Below, one piece after another: positions 8,488 through 18,813 of a stretch of 55,851 nt of DNA. The notes below the pieces were generated by a model. The model ran no database searches. It saw nothing but the letters and a program-made list of their open reading frames with translations, and was not told the DNA's origin. The DNA is taken from contig CAWCKJ010000005.1 in assembly GCA_963796105.1 (NCBI GenBank), positions 1 to 55,851 of the forward strand, written 5' to 3'. Positions within the stretch are counted from its first letter, which is position 1, and each line of letters begins with the position of its first letter. This DNA comes from a candidate division FCPU426 bacterium (GTDB lineage Bacteria; Oederibacteriota; Muellerivitia; Muellerivitales; Muellerivitaceae). A program made the position numbers and the translations under genes.

Positions 8488-11400
8488 TTAACGAGCAATG
8501 ATCAATTTCCCTGTCTTCCTTTCTGTCCCGCCATTACCGTTTATCTCAAGGACACAGTAATAAAGCCCATTGGCTAGGCCGGATAGGTCATGGGTCACCG
8601 TGTTTACTCCGACGCTAGTGAGGCCATTGAACCGCGCCACTCGGCGGAAGGCCACGGTGAAAAGCTTGATCGTTACCTGGTTTGCGGGTCCTGAGAGGGT
8701 ATAGGAGAAGGTGACATTGTTTCCTATGACGGGGTTGGGATAAACCAAGAAGTTAGAGAGTGGGGAGTTGTGAGTGAAAGTCGGTGAAGGAGTAGAGGTT
8801 TGGGACGCCGTCAAGCTTGGCGTGGGAGTCGGCGTGGGCGTGTCGGATGCCGTTGGACTCGGGCTGGGAGTGAGCGTCGGCGAAAGCGTCGGGGTCGGCG
8901 TTGGCGTCAAGGTAGGGGTGTTGGTAGAAGAAACCGTAGGCGTAGCGGTCCACGTGTAAGAGACGGTAGCGGTGGGTGTATAGGTGCAGGTGTTGCCCAA
9001 GCCGTCCATGCAGGGTGTGCCGGTGGGTGTAATGGTGGGGGAGTCTGTAGGTGTGAATGAGGGTGAGGGTGACAGAGTAGCGGTGAAGGAAGGGGTAAAT
9101 GGGGGCGTAAACGTGGCGGTTGGAGTGGGCGTATTAGTCGGGGTGGTAGTAGGAGTTGAGGTGGCTGTTGAAGTAGAGGTAATGGTGGGGGTGTTGCTGA
9201 AGGTGGGGGTGCCCACGAATTCATTGAAGGTGGGGGTGGGCGTGATGGTGGGCACGGGGGTTGGGGAATAAAAAGTACCGGTGGGCGTGGCCGTAAAGGT
9301 AGAGGTAGGTGTCCAGGGCGGGCCAACAGTTATATCGTCCAAATACCAACCGCGGTAAGTGTTGCCTGTGGAGCCAACGTTGGCGAAAGCATTAAAATAA
9401 AACAAACACCCCGCCAATGACGAAAGGTCCAATTGATAGGATTGCCACGATGCTGTTGGGCTCCAAATGATAGTTACCGATGTTTGCCCTGTACCTGTAC
9501 CACAAGTGTATTTGGGAGCCGCACCGACTATGCCGTAATCATTTACTCCGTCCCCTTGGGCCCAAGATCGAAAATGAAGGAATTGGCCTGATGCGGGCGC
9601 ATTGAACTCTGGTGAAACAAGGAAAGGGGAAGTGGCCAAGCCTGCAGGGGCCGTGACGTGGTAGCTTCCCGTAGAGTCCAAACCATACCAAGCGGCCCAA
9701 GGGTGAGTGTAGCTGTTGGGATAGGGTGAGCTTAAGTCATTCACTGGATGCCAAAGGCCGCTAAAATCCCATGCTCCATTCGCCGTTGCGGTCCAATCCT
9801 CGAAATTAAAGGGGGAACCTACGGAAACATCGTCCACGTAGATCCCTCTTTCAGCGACAGCGCTTGAGGAAACGGATACGGAGAAATGGAATTGCTCGGG
9901 ATAACCAGGATTTCCCAAGGGTATGCTAACAGGTATCCAGGGTTGGTTGCCGAAGTTGTATATTTGTTGGCCAGGGTAGAAATTGGCAGTGCTCCAGATC
10001 GTTGTGGGATTATAACAGGGATACGAAGAACAGTTATATTCGATGATGTTAAGGGTGACGCCAGAACTAAACTGCCACCATACCCAAAAGTTTAGGAAAT
10101 TGCCGGGATTGATTGGGTAGATGGGACTAATGAGATCGCCTGAGTTGGCCCCACCGGTATAGTAGTTGCCTGTGGAATCCTGGCCGTACCAGGCGGACCA
10201 CGGAGGCGTATGGTTGTTGGGGTAGGGGGAAGTGAGGTCGTTGACCGGGTGCCAGAGGCCCTGGAAGGTCCAGCCCGAGAATTCGCCGTAGTTGGGGGTG
10301 ATGGTTGGAGTTGGTGTGATGGTATAGGTAGCTGTACCCGTAATGGTCGGCGTGGGGGTGTATGTTGGCCCCAAGGCGATGGCCGAGGCCTCGTTGGAAA
10401 CTACAGTGGTGTTGCCTTTGGCGTCAACCGCCTGGACCACGTAGTAATAGGTTTGGTTGGGATTAGTGGAAGTATCGGTAAAAGAAAGGGTGGAACCGTT
10501 GGACGTTTGGCCCAGCAGGTTATAAGGTCCGCCGGTGACGGTGGAACGGGAAACAAGATAATCGGAAGTGGCAAAGGCGGTGGTTTGTGGGGCCACCCAG
10601 TTGAGGGTGATGGTGTTCGTACCGCCAGTGGCGGATAAGCTCGAAGGCGGCCTGATTGCGGCCAGAGCCCTGAAACAGTTCATCTTTCCCCAGCCGGTGT
10701 AAATGTTGAATCCTCCACCCAATGGGTCAGCGGTGGTGTAGAGGCATTGGGTGACGGCGGCGGGGGACAATCCCAAGTCCAAAAGAATGGCGGCCATGGC
10801 CGAAATTTGCGGGGCGGCAGCGGAAGTTCCTATTCGGAATTCATAACAAGTGTTGCAATTATTAGAAGGGCCAAATATCCCAAAAGGGCAGACGGGAGCC
10901 ACCATTCCAATCCATGATCCATAATCGGAAAAGGAACAACGGTTTCCGGAATTGTCAATGGCTCCGGCACCTATAGCATTGGGATCACCACCTGGACTCA
11001 TTTGTATGGAACTGCCGTCGTTGCCCATGGCACCTACAACAAGTGAGCCGTTATTGAAAGCCTCATCGGTGTAGTATTGAAAAAGATCCGGATAATTGGC
11101 TCCAAAACTGCAATTAATACTTTTGGCGCCATTTTGAAACGCATAGTTAAAGGCCTCTTCAGCCCATAAGCCACTCGTTGCAAGGTTGTTCCCATAAATT
11201 CTTAATATCATTAGACCGCAATTCGCGCATACACCTATTCCACCTTGGTTGTTATTAACTGCGGCTCCTGCGATTCCGGCTACAGCAGTCCCATGTCCGT
11301 CTTCATCCGTTACTGAACTGGAACCGGTTGTAAAATCCCAGGTATTGTTAATTTTGGTAGCCAAATCTTCATGTGTTGTTAAGGCACCTGTATCAATAAC

Positions 11401-11919
11401 CGCGATAATAGCGGATGACCTTCCCAAGGAAGCATTGGCAATCCACGGATCGGTGCTGTTCCAAGCCTGATCCATATGCACGGAGTTGACGTTCCATTCG
11501 TCGTTACCGTTTTGGTAATTGGGGTCATTCGGGAATGGGTAAGGGGTGTAGGAATAAAGATGGGGAAAGTAATTGGGATAGACGCGCCTGAGGGAAGGAT
11601 GGTTTTTCAATTTGGTCACATGATCGAGGACCGTGCCGGAAGGAACTTTCAAAACCAAACCGTCAAAGTACGGCGGATGCTCAAACTCATAGCCCAGGCT
11701 TTTGACCAAGGCTTCACGGGACGCTTCAGGCATGGACTTGTCGAAATGCACCAGTACTTGGCTGTCGATGTAAGGCCGACCCTCACCATCCTTAGGAAAA
11801 GCCGAAAAGTCCTGTGTTGGAACGGGCATTATGGCCGAATTCTGAATGGTGCCGGCGAATGCAGGGAGAAATAACCCCAGCAATGAAAGAAAAAACAAGT
11901 GTTTTACTAAAGGTTTCAT
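8488..11919 (-). CDS. Secreted S8 (subtilisin-like) serine protease with FN3 domain, two beta-sandwich repeats, Pro/Thr linkers and a C-terminal Ig-like/sorting-type domain
   Basis: Signal peptide; IAVIDTG (Asp), GHGTAVAG (His), GTSAAAP (Ser); TPT repeats; VYPNP...LANGLYY C-terminus. Confidence 0.92.
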   Translation of the reverse strand: MKPLVKHLFFLSLLGLFLPAFAGTIQNSAIMPVPTQDFSAFPKDGEGRPYIDSQVLVHFDKSMPEASREALVKSLGYEFEHPPYFDGLVLKVPSGTVLDHVTKLKNHPSLRRVYPNYFPHLYSYTPYPFPNDPNYQNGNDEWNVNSVHMDQAWNSTDPWIANASLGRSSAIIAVIDTGALTTHEDLATKINNTWDFTTGSSSVTDEDGHGTAVAGIAGAAVNNNQGGIGVCANCGLMILRIYGNNLATSGLWAEEAFNYAFQNGAKSINCSFGANYPDLFQYYTDEAFNNGSLVVGAMGNDGSSIQMSPGGDPNAIGAGAIDNSGNRCSFSDYGSWIGMVAPVCPFGIFGPSNNCNTCYEFRIGTSAAAPQISAMAAILLDLGLSPAAVTQCLYTTADPLGGGFNIYTGWGKMNCFRALAAIRPPSSLSATGGTNTITLNWVAPQTTAFATSDYLVSRSTVTGGPYNLLGQTSNGSTLSFTDTSTNPNQTYYYVVQAVDAKGNTTVVSNEASAIALGPTYTPTPTITGTATYTITPTPTITPNYGEFSGWTFQGLWHPVNDLTSPYPNNHTPPWSAWYGQDSTGNYYTGGANSGDLISPIYPINPGNFLNFWVWWQFSSGVTLNIIEYNCSSYPCYNPTTIWSTANFYPGQQIYNFGNQPWIPVSIPLGNPGYPEQFHFSVSVSSSAVAERGIYVDDVSVGSPFNFEDWTATANGAWDFSGLWHPVNDLSSPYPNSYTHPWAAWYGLDSTGSYHVTAPAGLATSPFLVSPEFNAPASGQFLHFRSWAQGDGVNDYGIVGAAPKYTCGTGTGQTSVTIIWSPTASWQSYQLDLSSLAGCLFYFNAFANVGSTGNTYRGWYLDDITVGPPWTPTSTFTATPTGTFYSPTPVPTITPTPTFNEFVGTPTFSNTPTITSTSTATSTPTTTPTNTPTPTATFTPPFTPSFTATLSPSPSFTPTDSPTITPTGTPCMDGLGNTCTYTPTATVSYTWTATPTVSSTNTPTLTPTPTPTLSPTLTPSPSPTASDTPTPTPTPSLTASQTSTPSPTFTHNSPLSNFLVYPNPVIGNNVTFSYTLSGPANQVTIKLFTVAFRRVARFNGLTSVGVNTVTHDLSGLANGLYYCVLEINGNGGTERKTGKLIIAR

Positions 11920-12018
11920 AAAGCATTTTCCTCAAAATCCTTTTAAATTATAGCACTTTTAAATTGCCTAAATTTTTATGAATATTTTGTTTTCCGTTTA
12001 ACCTTTTGAGGTACAAAT

Positions 12019-12354
12019 TTGGAACCCGCCAACCCCGAAAACCTTGTGAACCTGGCCACTATTTACCAGTGGGAAGGCAGAGGCGAAGAATCCCTCGGGT
12101 TATACAGAAAAGCCATCGATCAATATCCGCAGGAGCCGATTTATTACTTGAAGCTTGCGGACTTATATTTGGATAAGCACATGCCCGCTGAGGCTTTGGG
12201 GATGCTTGATGCCGGCATGGAATTAAATCCTAATAGCCCAAAGATTGTCCGTCAAATCGGCGAGGATTACGAAAGGGCTGGGAAGAAGGGTTTGGCGCAA
12301 CAGTGTTACTCCAAAGCCAGGGCCCTGTTATCAGGGTCCGGAACCAGCAAGTAA
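12019..12354 (+). pseudogene. TPR-repeat ORF, probably the 3' fragment of a longer gene
   Basis: Consecutive TPR helices; begins mid-repeat at a TTG with a weak start context. Confidence 0.55.
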
Positions 12355-12477
12355 TTTTAGTCGTTGACATAAGCGAGAGAAGTGCTTTTCGTTTGCCGCC
12401 GGGTCGAGATATTCCTGATCGCCCGTGGTTTTTCAATAAAAACAACCCTTTAATAGGGTTGTACCTAGAACAACCTT

Positions 12478-12840
12478 TTATTCCGCCTTGAAACCCCGCT
12501 TGATGGCCTCTTCCACGTTGGGAAAAGCCTTCAAGATGGTGTTGAATTCCAGCAACTCAAACACTTCCGTTACATCAGGGCTCATCCCGGATAATACCAA
12601 ATCTCCCTTTTGGGTCCGGATGCGTTTGATCTCGCTAACAAATATGCCCCAACCTGCGCTGGAAATGTAATCCACGTCCTTAAGATCCACCACCAGCTTG
12701 AATTTATTTTCGTTGAGGACCGATTGGAATTTTTTCTCAAACTCCGGCGCGGTCGTGGTGTCGATGAATCCCTTGACGGAGAGAAGAGTAATGCTCTTGT
12801 TTTTTGGGTGCTCGGATATGCTGACAGTTATACTTTCCAT
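12478..12840 (-). CDS. STAS-domain anti-sigma-factor antagonist
   Basis: GFIDTTTAPEF..LVVDLKDVDYISSAGWG; ATG at 12840 follows a GAGG RBS. Confidence 0.9.
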   Translation of the reverse strand: MESITVSISEHPKNKSITLLSVKGFIDTTTAPEFEKKFQSVLNENKFKLVVDLKDVDYISSAGWGIFVSEIKRIRTQKGDLVLSGMSPDVTEVFELLEFNTILKAFPNVEEAIKRGFKAE

Positions 12841-13216
12841 GCTTCCTCGCCCGTAATGGCCTAATGACGGCTTATTATCATCCCCCGCCTCTTTTCCAAG
12901 TCTATTTATTTCGAAATCGGACGTTTTTGACACTCCAATTTTCAATAACTGCACAGTATTCTCCCAACATTTACCCCAGACTTTAGAATTTCCCCTTTTT
13001 TCTTTTTAAATCAACGTTTAACAAAATAACTGCAACTATTTTGGCCCTTTTTAAAATTGCATAATGAAATCATTTTTAGGAAAAGCTTTTTTTAACAATT
13101 AAATTTATTACTTAATATTTATTTCCAAATATTTTTTTCTCGTGTTATATCCCTCTCACCCGCTCACTCAACACCGATCACATTCTATGTGTGTGAATTA
13201 CTTTCCAGGAGGTTTA

Positions 13217-13411
13217 ATGGGACGGATAAGAGTAATTAAAAGGATCAAGGTTGAACGCATTGATGCGAATATCTTGCCGATTCACAGGAAGAAATTGGAA
13301 AAGGAAATTTCCAAGAAAGCTTCCAAGGGTCAGAGGTTGACCATTTCCGACATCATTCGGGAAGAACTAGACGGCAGGTATCAAACCAAAATCAAGAACC
13401 AGCCGGTATAG
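13217..13411 (+). CDS. Small ribbon-helix-helix-like regulator heading the operon
   Basis: AGGAGG RBS; TISDIIREELD pattern. Confidence 0.55.
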   Translation: MGRIRVIKRIKVERIDANILPIHRKKLEKEISKKASKGQRLTISDIIREELDGRYQTKIKNQPV

Positions 13412-13422
13412 AGGGGGATTTT

Positions 13423-14490
13423 ATGAAAAAGATATTTGTATATAGCGCACCAGCCATTCTCTTTTCTGCCATTTTGGCAGTGTACTTTTTGGGGGGATGT
13501 AAAAAGGACAACAATCCTTTAGGTATGGTCGCTCCTAATGGATTTGACGTCCCCACCAGCACCCCCACTCCAACAACAGGCAGTTTCAACATTTACGTAG
13601 TGGACGGGACCAGCCCAATAAACGGAGTCACCGTATTCCTGGTAGATCCATCCGGCAATACCCTTTCATCCGTCACCCAGCCGGTCGTCGGATATGCAGC
13701 CTTTACCGTAAAAAATATCGCCAACGGCATTTGGACCGCCGGAGTCAGCCAACAATCATATTTTGGCTATAGCACTATTCCTATTACCGTTACCAACAAC
13801 ACAGCCGGGGATTATTACTTTACGGCCGCTTCCCAGAGCGTATCCGTATGGAATATTACAACGGCTCAAAGCTATCCCTATAACACGGGTACCGCTCTTT
13901 CCTATGGCGTCAGCTATATCCAGCCGGGTAACCTTAACGAACCCGTTTCTTTGTCCTATGGCTCTGCTGGAATTCTCCCCATAGGATGGGGTGTTACTTT
14001 TTATCCGCCTGTTTTAGGCACTGGGAACGGTGTTAATTCCGGAACCGTCACCGTAACTATTCCTCCCAGCCCATGCACCATTGACGTACCCGTATTTAAT
14101 TACATCGGAACAAAATTCAACAATCTCACAGTTACTTCTGATCCACAAACAATAACTAAAAACTTCACTTCCAATTTCAAATTAATTCAGACCTTTATAC
14201 GACCTTCGAGCGGTTTCATGGGTCCTGTAAGTCTATTAGTTTCATCAACAGATGATTGTGGTGTCACTTGGGATATTTCTTGGACTTACTACATTAACGG
14301 AAGCAAATACGTTTCCGGAAGTGGCGCTGCAAAGAACGGTTTGAGCATATATGTAGATACCGTTAATGATTCTGTTTCTGGTGTTTCTCTTGCGGCAACG
14401 GTGACAGGGAATGGTTACACATTTTCGGGTTCAGGTGCACCAACCTGGAACACGGGTAACGACACAACGATTATTAATGCTAATTTTTAG
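13423..14490 (+). CDS. Ser/Thr-rich beta-strand lipoprotein (Ig/prealbumin-like, adhesin-like)
   Basis: Lipobox LGGC; PTSTPTPT linker; PINGVTVFLVD. Confidence 0.7.
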   Translation: MKKIFVYSAPAILFSAILAVYFLGGCKKDNNPLGMVAPNGFDVPTSTPTPTTGSFNIYVVDGTSPINGVTVFLVDPSGNTLSSVTQPVVGYAAFTVKNIANGIWTAGVSQQSYFGYSTIPITVTNNTAGDYYFTAASQSVSVWNITTAQSYPYNTGTALSYGVSYIQPGNLNEPVSLSYGSAGILPIGWGVTFYPPVLGTGNGVNSGTVTVTIPPSPCTIDVPVFNYIGTKFNNLTVTSDPQTITKNFTSNFKLIQTFIRPSSGFMGPVSLLVSSTDDCGVTWDISWTYYINGSKYVSGSGAAKNGLSIYVDTVNDSVSGVSLAATVTGNGYTFSGSGAPTWNTGNDTTIINANF

Positions 14491-14499
14491 GGGGTTAAA

Positions 14500-15273
14500 A
14501 TGAAGTTTTTAAACTTCTCAATCATTTTTTGCTTGGTTTTGATCGGATGCGATGGAAAACAGGGTTCAACCGGCCCCCAGGGACCGCAAGGAAACCCTGG
14601 CCCTACAAGCTTTGAAATAACTTACCAAGACGGGGTTTTCCCCACCTCTACTTATGGTGGAACAACCAATACCTGGGTGGACGCATCTAATCCCACTACC
14701 TCACACTCGGGCGCGGCCTCTTTAAGAGTGGCAATGGGGCCTAATCCAGCAAATTCAGGTTCTTCTACATACAGCCGGGCATTAATTAAATTCGATATTT
14801 CTTCAATGCCCCAAAACGCAACTGTTTTAAAAGCCGCCTTGTTTCTTACAACCCAAACAACAACAAGTATTTCTAGTGGAGTCACCTATTTGATAGGTGT
14901 GAATGACATGAATGTGCCTTTAATGATTTCCGGTGGATGTACTTGGAACCTTGGGGCAAATTGGAATTTTTATAACGGATCTGGCTCATGGAGTACTTGC
15001 AATTTTGGAGGTGTGGGTTTTGTTAGAGGTTATCACTTTGTCTCAACCCCAATGGACTCCGTTACCTTCACTTCTTCTGCTAACGCCGCTTCAAAAACCT
15101 ATGCCTGGAACCTGACACCCTCGGTTGTCCAAGCCTGGATCACCGGGGTTAATGACGGCGTAGTTATCACCAGCAACAGCGACGCAGGGGAACCAACCGG
15201 GAATATTGATTTTTATCCTAACACCGACGCTACGGCCTCTTACCACCCGACGCTAGTTATTAGCTATTACTGA
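14500..15273 (+). CDS. Lipoprotein with short collagen-like repeat and DNRLRE/CBM96-like domain
   Basis: LIGC lipobox; GPQGPQGNPGP; RALIKFDISSMP..ATV..A.L; NLT..VQAW; PTLVISY. Confidence 0.75.
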   Translation: MKFLNFSIIFCLVLIGCDGKQGSTGPQGPQGNPGPTSFEITYQDGVFPTSTYGGTTNTWVDASNPTTSHSGAASLRVAMGPNPANSGSSTYSRALIKFDISSMPQNATVLKAALFLTTQTTTSISSGVTYLIGVNDMNVPLMISGGCTWNLGANWNFYNGSGSWSTCNFGGVGFVRGYHFVSTPMDSVTFTSSANAASKTYAWNLTPSVVQAWITGVNDGVVITSNSDAGEPTGNIDFYPNTDATASYHPTLVISYY

Positions 15274-15278
15274 CAACA

Positions 15279-15794
15279 ATGAAAGATATCGTTTCTACCC
15301 GGTTTGTTTATGAAAAAATATTTTTACTTCATGGTGTCAGGGTCATGCTGTCAACGGATTTGGCGGAGTTATACGGTGTTGAGCCAAGGGCTTTGATCCA
15401 AGGGGTTAAAAGAAATATCGAGAGATTCCCAAGTGATTTTATGTTCCTACTTACCACCAGGGAGCAGGAATCTCTAAGATCACAATTTGTGATCTTAGAA
15501 AAAGGAAGGGGGAAATATTCAAAATATCCTTCTTACGCCTTCACTGAGCAGGGCGTCGCCATGCTTTCCAGCGTTTTACGGAGCAAACAAGCCATCAGGG
15601 TCAACATCGAAATAATGCGGGCTTTCGCCCGGATGAAGGAAATCCTGGCCACCCATAAGGATTTGGCCCAAAAACTGGAAACCCTTGAGCGCAAATTCAA
15701 ATCCCACGACACCCAATTCAAAGTTGTTTTCGACGCCATCCGCGAATTAATGAATAAGCCGGATAAACCACAGAAAAGAATAGGTTACGTATGA
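15279..15794 (+). CDS. ORF6N-domain DNA-binding protein
   Basis: VMLSTDLAELYGVE..L.Q.VKRNIERFP.DFMF; PSYAFTEQGVAMLSSVL.S. Confidence 0.92.
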   Translation: MKDIVSTRFVYEKIFLLHGVRVMLSTDLAELYGVEPRALIQGVKRNIERFPSDFMFLLTTREQESLRSQFVILEKGRGKYSKYPSYAFTEQGVAMLSSVLRSKQAIRVNIEIMRAFARMKEILATHKDLAQKLETLERKFKSHDTQFKVVFDAIRELMNKPDKPQKRIGYV

Positions 15795-17071
15795 AAAATC
15801 GATATATTCTTACAACGCTATTTGTCCTTTTATTCACCCTACCGGGCATGGTTTTCGCCCAACAAACGCCAACGGTTAATCCGACCCCACAAACAACAAC
15901 ACCTAAAAAGAAAGCCAAAAAGAAAATAAAGGCGGTTTTGACACCCTCTCCCACTCCGACAGCCACCCCCCGGCCGAGGTGGATACCACCCCCGCCGATA
16001 GGGGACGATGACCGTTTCTTGAAGTATCAGTTATTTTCCGCTTTCCAAAGCGACATTAACGGTTCCTCTTTGGATACTTACGCGGACATTATTTTCCGCC
16101 GGAGGCTCGACCAGTATGACACAAGCGCGGAAGGGGATATCAGGGTAGGAAAAAGCTTTTCCAATTCCGACACGGCACAAACCTTGGAGTTGATGACAGG
16201 CAAAATATCCTATTCACCGCCCTTTCTCACCTTCACGGTTGGGCGTTTGAATATGGGTGAATCCCTTAGCCCGATGCAGTTTTTCGGGAATTACTCCACT
16301 ATGGGTATCACCAGGGCGGATGGCATTGAAGTAACCCTTCCCATTTCAGTAAGCTTGGGTGTCCAGGATTTAGAGAAGATCGAATCAACGTCAACGGCCT
16401 TGAGTTTTTATTACTTCCCAAGCCTTTTATCGGCCCAATATGTCAATTACGACACTTCCCAATCTTTCCTATTGGGCCAGTTAAGGATCGCGGTCTCTAT
16501 CTTCAATATGCCTTTTGTCTTCCGTTTCAACGGGGCAGGGACGTCTACCAATTACTTCACATACTCCTCTTTAAGCGGAAATATGGCCTACGACGGGGCG
16601 GTAGAGTGTACTTTTACCCCTGATTTCAACCTTTACGGCGAATTCGGCGACCAAAATTCCAACCTATTCTCCGAAACGGACGTTGTGGCTATCGGCTTGA
16701 AGGCCCGGAAGATATACACTTTTGGCGCTATTTCCATCGACCAGGCCGCCATTGAAATGCAATTACCTTTAACCAATTCCGAAAACAACATTTTCGTCGG
16801 CGGCAACCAGTTTTCCCCAAGTTTGGCCACTACCCCCCAGGAATCCTTTTTTGGCCATGTGAAAGCCAGGATTTCAGCCGTCAATATCCTCTTTTCCATC
16901 ACCAACACCCCCGGCGATTTCACTTTCGCGCGGGTGCTGTCCAACAATTCCGCCTTCCCGCTCTCCAATACCATCGGCTTGGCCAACCAGGTTCCCATCC
17001 TCGAGCTCCCGTTGGTTTCCAAGGGTTATGACAATTGGGCCTATAACCTGGCCTGCGAGGTCGAGTTTTGA
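15791..17071 (+). CDS. Secreted, probable outer-membrane beta-barrel protein
   Basis: Signal peptide, amphipathic beta pattern, C-terminal Phe. Confidence 0.6.
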   Translation: MKNRYILTTLFVLLFTLPGMVFAQQTPTVNPTPQTTTPKKKAKKKIKAVLTPSPTPTATPRPRWIPPPPIGDDDRFLKYQLFSAFQSDINGSSLDTYADIIFRRRLDQYDTSAEGDIRVGKSFSNSDTAQTLELMTGKISYSPPFLTFTVGRLNMGESLSPMQFFGNYSTMGITRADGIEVTLPISVSLGVQDLEKIESTSTALSFYYFPSLLSAQYVNYDTSQSFLLGQLRIAVSIFNMPFVFRFNGAGTSTNYFTYSSLSGNMAYDGAVECTFTPDFNLYGEFGDQNSNLFSETDVVAIGLKARKIYTFGAISIDQAAIEMQLPLTNSENNIFVGGNQFSPSLATTPQESFFGHVKARISAVNILFSITNTPGDFTFARVLSNNSAFPLSNTIGLANQVPILELPLVSKGYDNWAYNLACEVEF

Positions 17072-17586
17072 GATATGCGCCTTTCATTTTATTTTTTATT
17101 GTTTCCGCCGCTTATGCCTCAACGGACTTTCCGTCCTTTTTCCAGTTCCACGCGGACATGTTCAATGAGGTTTCACGGCGTTACAACGACCGGGAGGATT
17201 ACAAAATCAAGCTCTTGCCCGGGCAGAGCGTAGCCCGGAGGGCTTCTAACAGGCAAAAGAGAGGCGGTAAAGCCGGATCGGATTCATCCAACGTACCCCC
17301 GCCCGTGACCCAGGTTTTCAAGTTCAAGTCGGCCTGGTCGGATATGACCGCCACCATGACCAATTTCCACACTCACTTTGTCTTAAAAGTCGTTTCCACG
17401 GCGGCCGCCGAGAAGTGGATCCTTGAGAAGGACGACGCGGACAAAACGGTGATCGCCCAGGGCGGATTGAACGACCAGAACAGCTTCACCGTGGACCAGC
17501 CCGGCGAGTTCACGCCGGGCATGAATCTCAGGATTATGGTGATCGTGGACGGGGAGCAGTACCCCTCGATCCTACCCTTGAAATAG
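17068..17586 (+). CDS. Secreted hypothetical protein
   Basis: Signal peptide; overlaps the upstream stop. Confidence 0.65.
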   Translation: MRYAPFILFFIVSAAYASTDFPSFFQFHADMFNEVSRRYNDREDYKIKLLPGQSVARRASNRQKRGGKAGSDSSNVPPPVTQVFKFKSAWSDMTATMTNFHTHFVLKVVSTAAAEKWILEKDDADKTVIAQGGLNDQNSFTVDQPGEFTPGMNLRIMVIVDGEQYPSILPLK

Positions 17587-17596
17587 GAGTGACTTA

Positions 17597-18451
17597 ATGA
17601 AATTCAAAACCATAATCTTTTTGGCGATTTTTCTTTCCCCTTTCACCGCCTTCTCCGGGCCTTGCGCGGACGAGTTTTCCTCATTCAGCAAGTACCTTCA
17701 GGATAAATTCGCGCAATTCAAGAACGACCCCCAGTTGGGTTACTTGCGTTACGGCTCACCCGCGATAGCGGCCAGGTATGCCGGCAGGTCATCCAGGATG
17801 AAGTACAACTTGAACCAGTTCCCGGAGGGTGATTCCCGCAACTACGTCAAAGGCCAAATCATCCAGCAAATGGGTACTTTGGCCCAGGCTTTGGCCCAAA
17901 CGGCGGGAACCGCCTTGGCTTTCGACAACGCGAACCAATTAAAACAGCAAGCCTCCCAGCTCAACGCCTCAGGGGACCCCCAGCTCCAACAAATCGGCTC
18001 CGAAATGACCCAGGAGGCCGCGGCCATCGAGCAGGGGGATAGGGATCAGGCCGGACAGATCGCCAACCAGATTTCATCCACCCCCATGCCCTACGTTTCA
18101 TCCAGTTACACGCCAGGCACCCAGGAATCCGTTTTTGTTCAAGCTTTAAACACCGCCGTTTCGGGCATGGCCGTAGCGGCTTTGGGGGCTTTATCCAACG
18201 TCGCGGCCGCGAAGTTGCTTTCTACTTTGGGGCTTGGAAATGTGGGAATGGGCGGGATTTTAAGTACCGGGGCTTTGGGCTTGGCCAGCGGCCAGCCAGG
18301 AAGCTCCGTGGCCAACAACACAGGGGCCGCCGCCGCTTATAACGCGAGCGGCCAGGCCACCAACTACACCAACACGAAAATTAACGCTTTGACCGCGCCT
18401 TCCGGCCAACCGGCAGGCAATAGCGGTTCATTGCCGAGCGCAGGTCAATAA
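17597..18451 (+). CDS. Secreted helical, Gly/Ala-rich protein (possible VirB5/TrbJ-like)
   Basis: Signal peptide, Gln-rich helices; position next to the pilin-like gene. Family call is positional. Confidence 0.5.
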   Translation: MKFKTIIFLAIFLSPFTAFSGPCADEFSSFSKYLQDKFAQFKNDPQLGYLRYGSPAIAARYAGRSSRMKYNLNQFPEGDSRNYVKGQIIQQMGTLAQALAQTAGTALAFDNANQLKQQASQLNASGDPQLQQIGSEMTQEAAAIEQGDRDQAGQIANQISSTPMPYVSSSYTPGTQESVFVQALNTAVSGMAVAALGALSNVAAAKLLSTLGLGNVGMGGILSTGALGLASGQPGSSVANNTGAAAAYNASGQATNYTNTKINALTAPSGQPAGNSGSLPSAGQ

Positions 18452-18468
18452 AACCAGGAGGATCAAGG

Positions 18469-18810
18469 ATGAAAAGGAATATTTTAATCGGGGGTTTCTT
18501 TGCTTCTATTTTATTCGGGGCGGTTTCCCAATCCTGGGCCCTTGGAGTCCCGGGATTCCCTGCCTTAAATTCGGCTTTCGGCTTGATATCCGCCTTTTTC
18601 GTCGGGATTGTGGAAGCTTATTTGGTAATTCAACTTATTTTTCACATGGCCAAGCTCCATAGCGGCCAACCCGGAGAAAAGGAAAAGGTAGTTTGGTTGC
18701 TTTTCGCCATTTTCGCGGTGCCTTTCGTGCCTTCCGTTGCCCAATTCCTTTACGGCTTGTTTTTCTCGACGGGAGCCACCCCTTCCACCAACGTTTGGAA
18801 CGGCCAATAA
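18469..18810 (+). CDS. VirB2/TrbC-like pilin
   Basis: Signal peptide plus two hydrophobic helices with a charged loop; T4SS context. Confidence 0.6.
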   Translation: MKRNILIGGFFASILFGAVSQSWALGVPGFPALNSAFGLISAFFVGIVEAYLVIQLIFHMAKLHSGQPGEKEKVVWLLFAIFAVPFVPSVAQFLYGLFFSTGATPSTNVWNGQ

Positions 18811-18813
18811 CTC

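Noticed and set aside
8753..9326. Several overlapping ORFs in the Pro/Thr region
   Set aside because: Shadow frames of the low-complexity linker in the S8 protease gene.
12841..12954. N-terminal extension of the STAS protein
   Set aside because: A better start with an RBS lies at 12840, and the extension has no STAS similarity.
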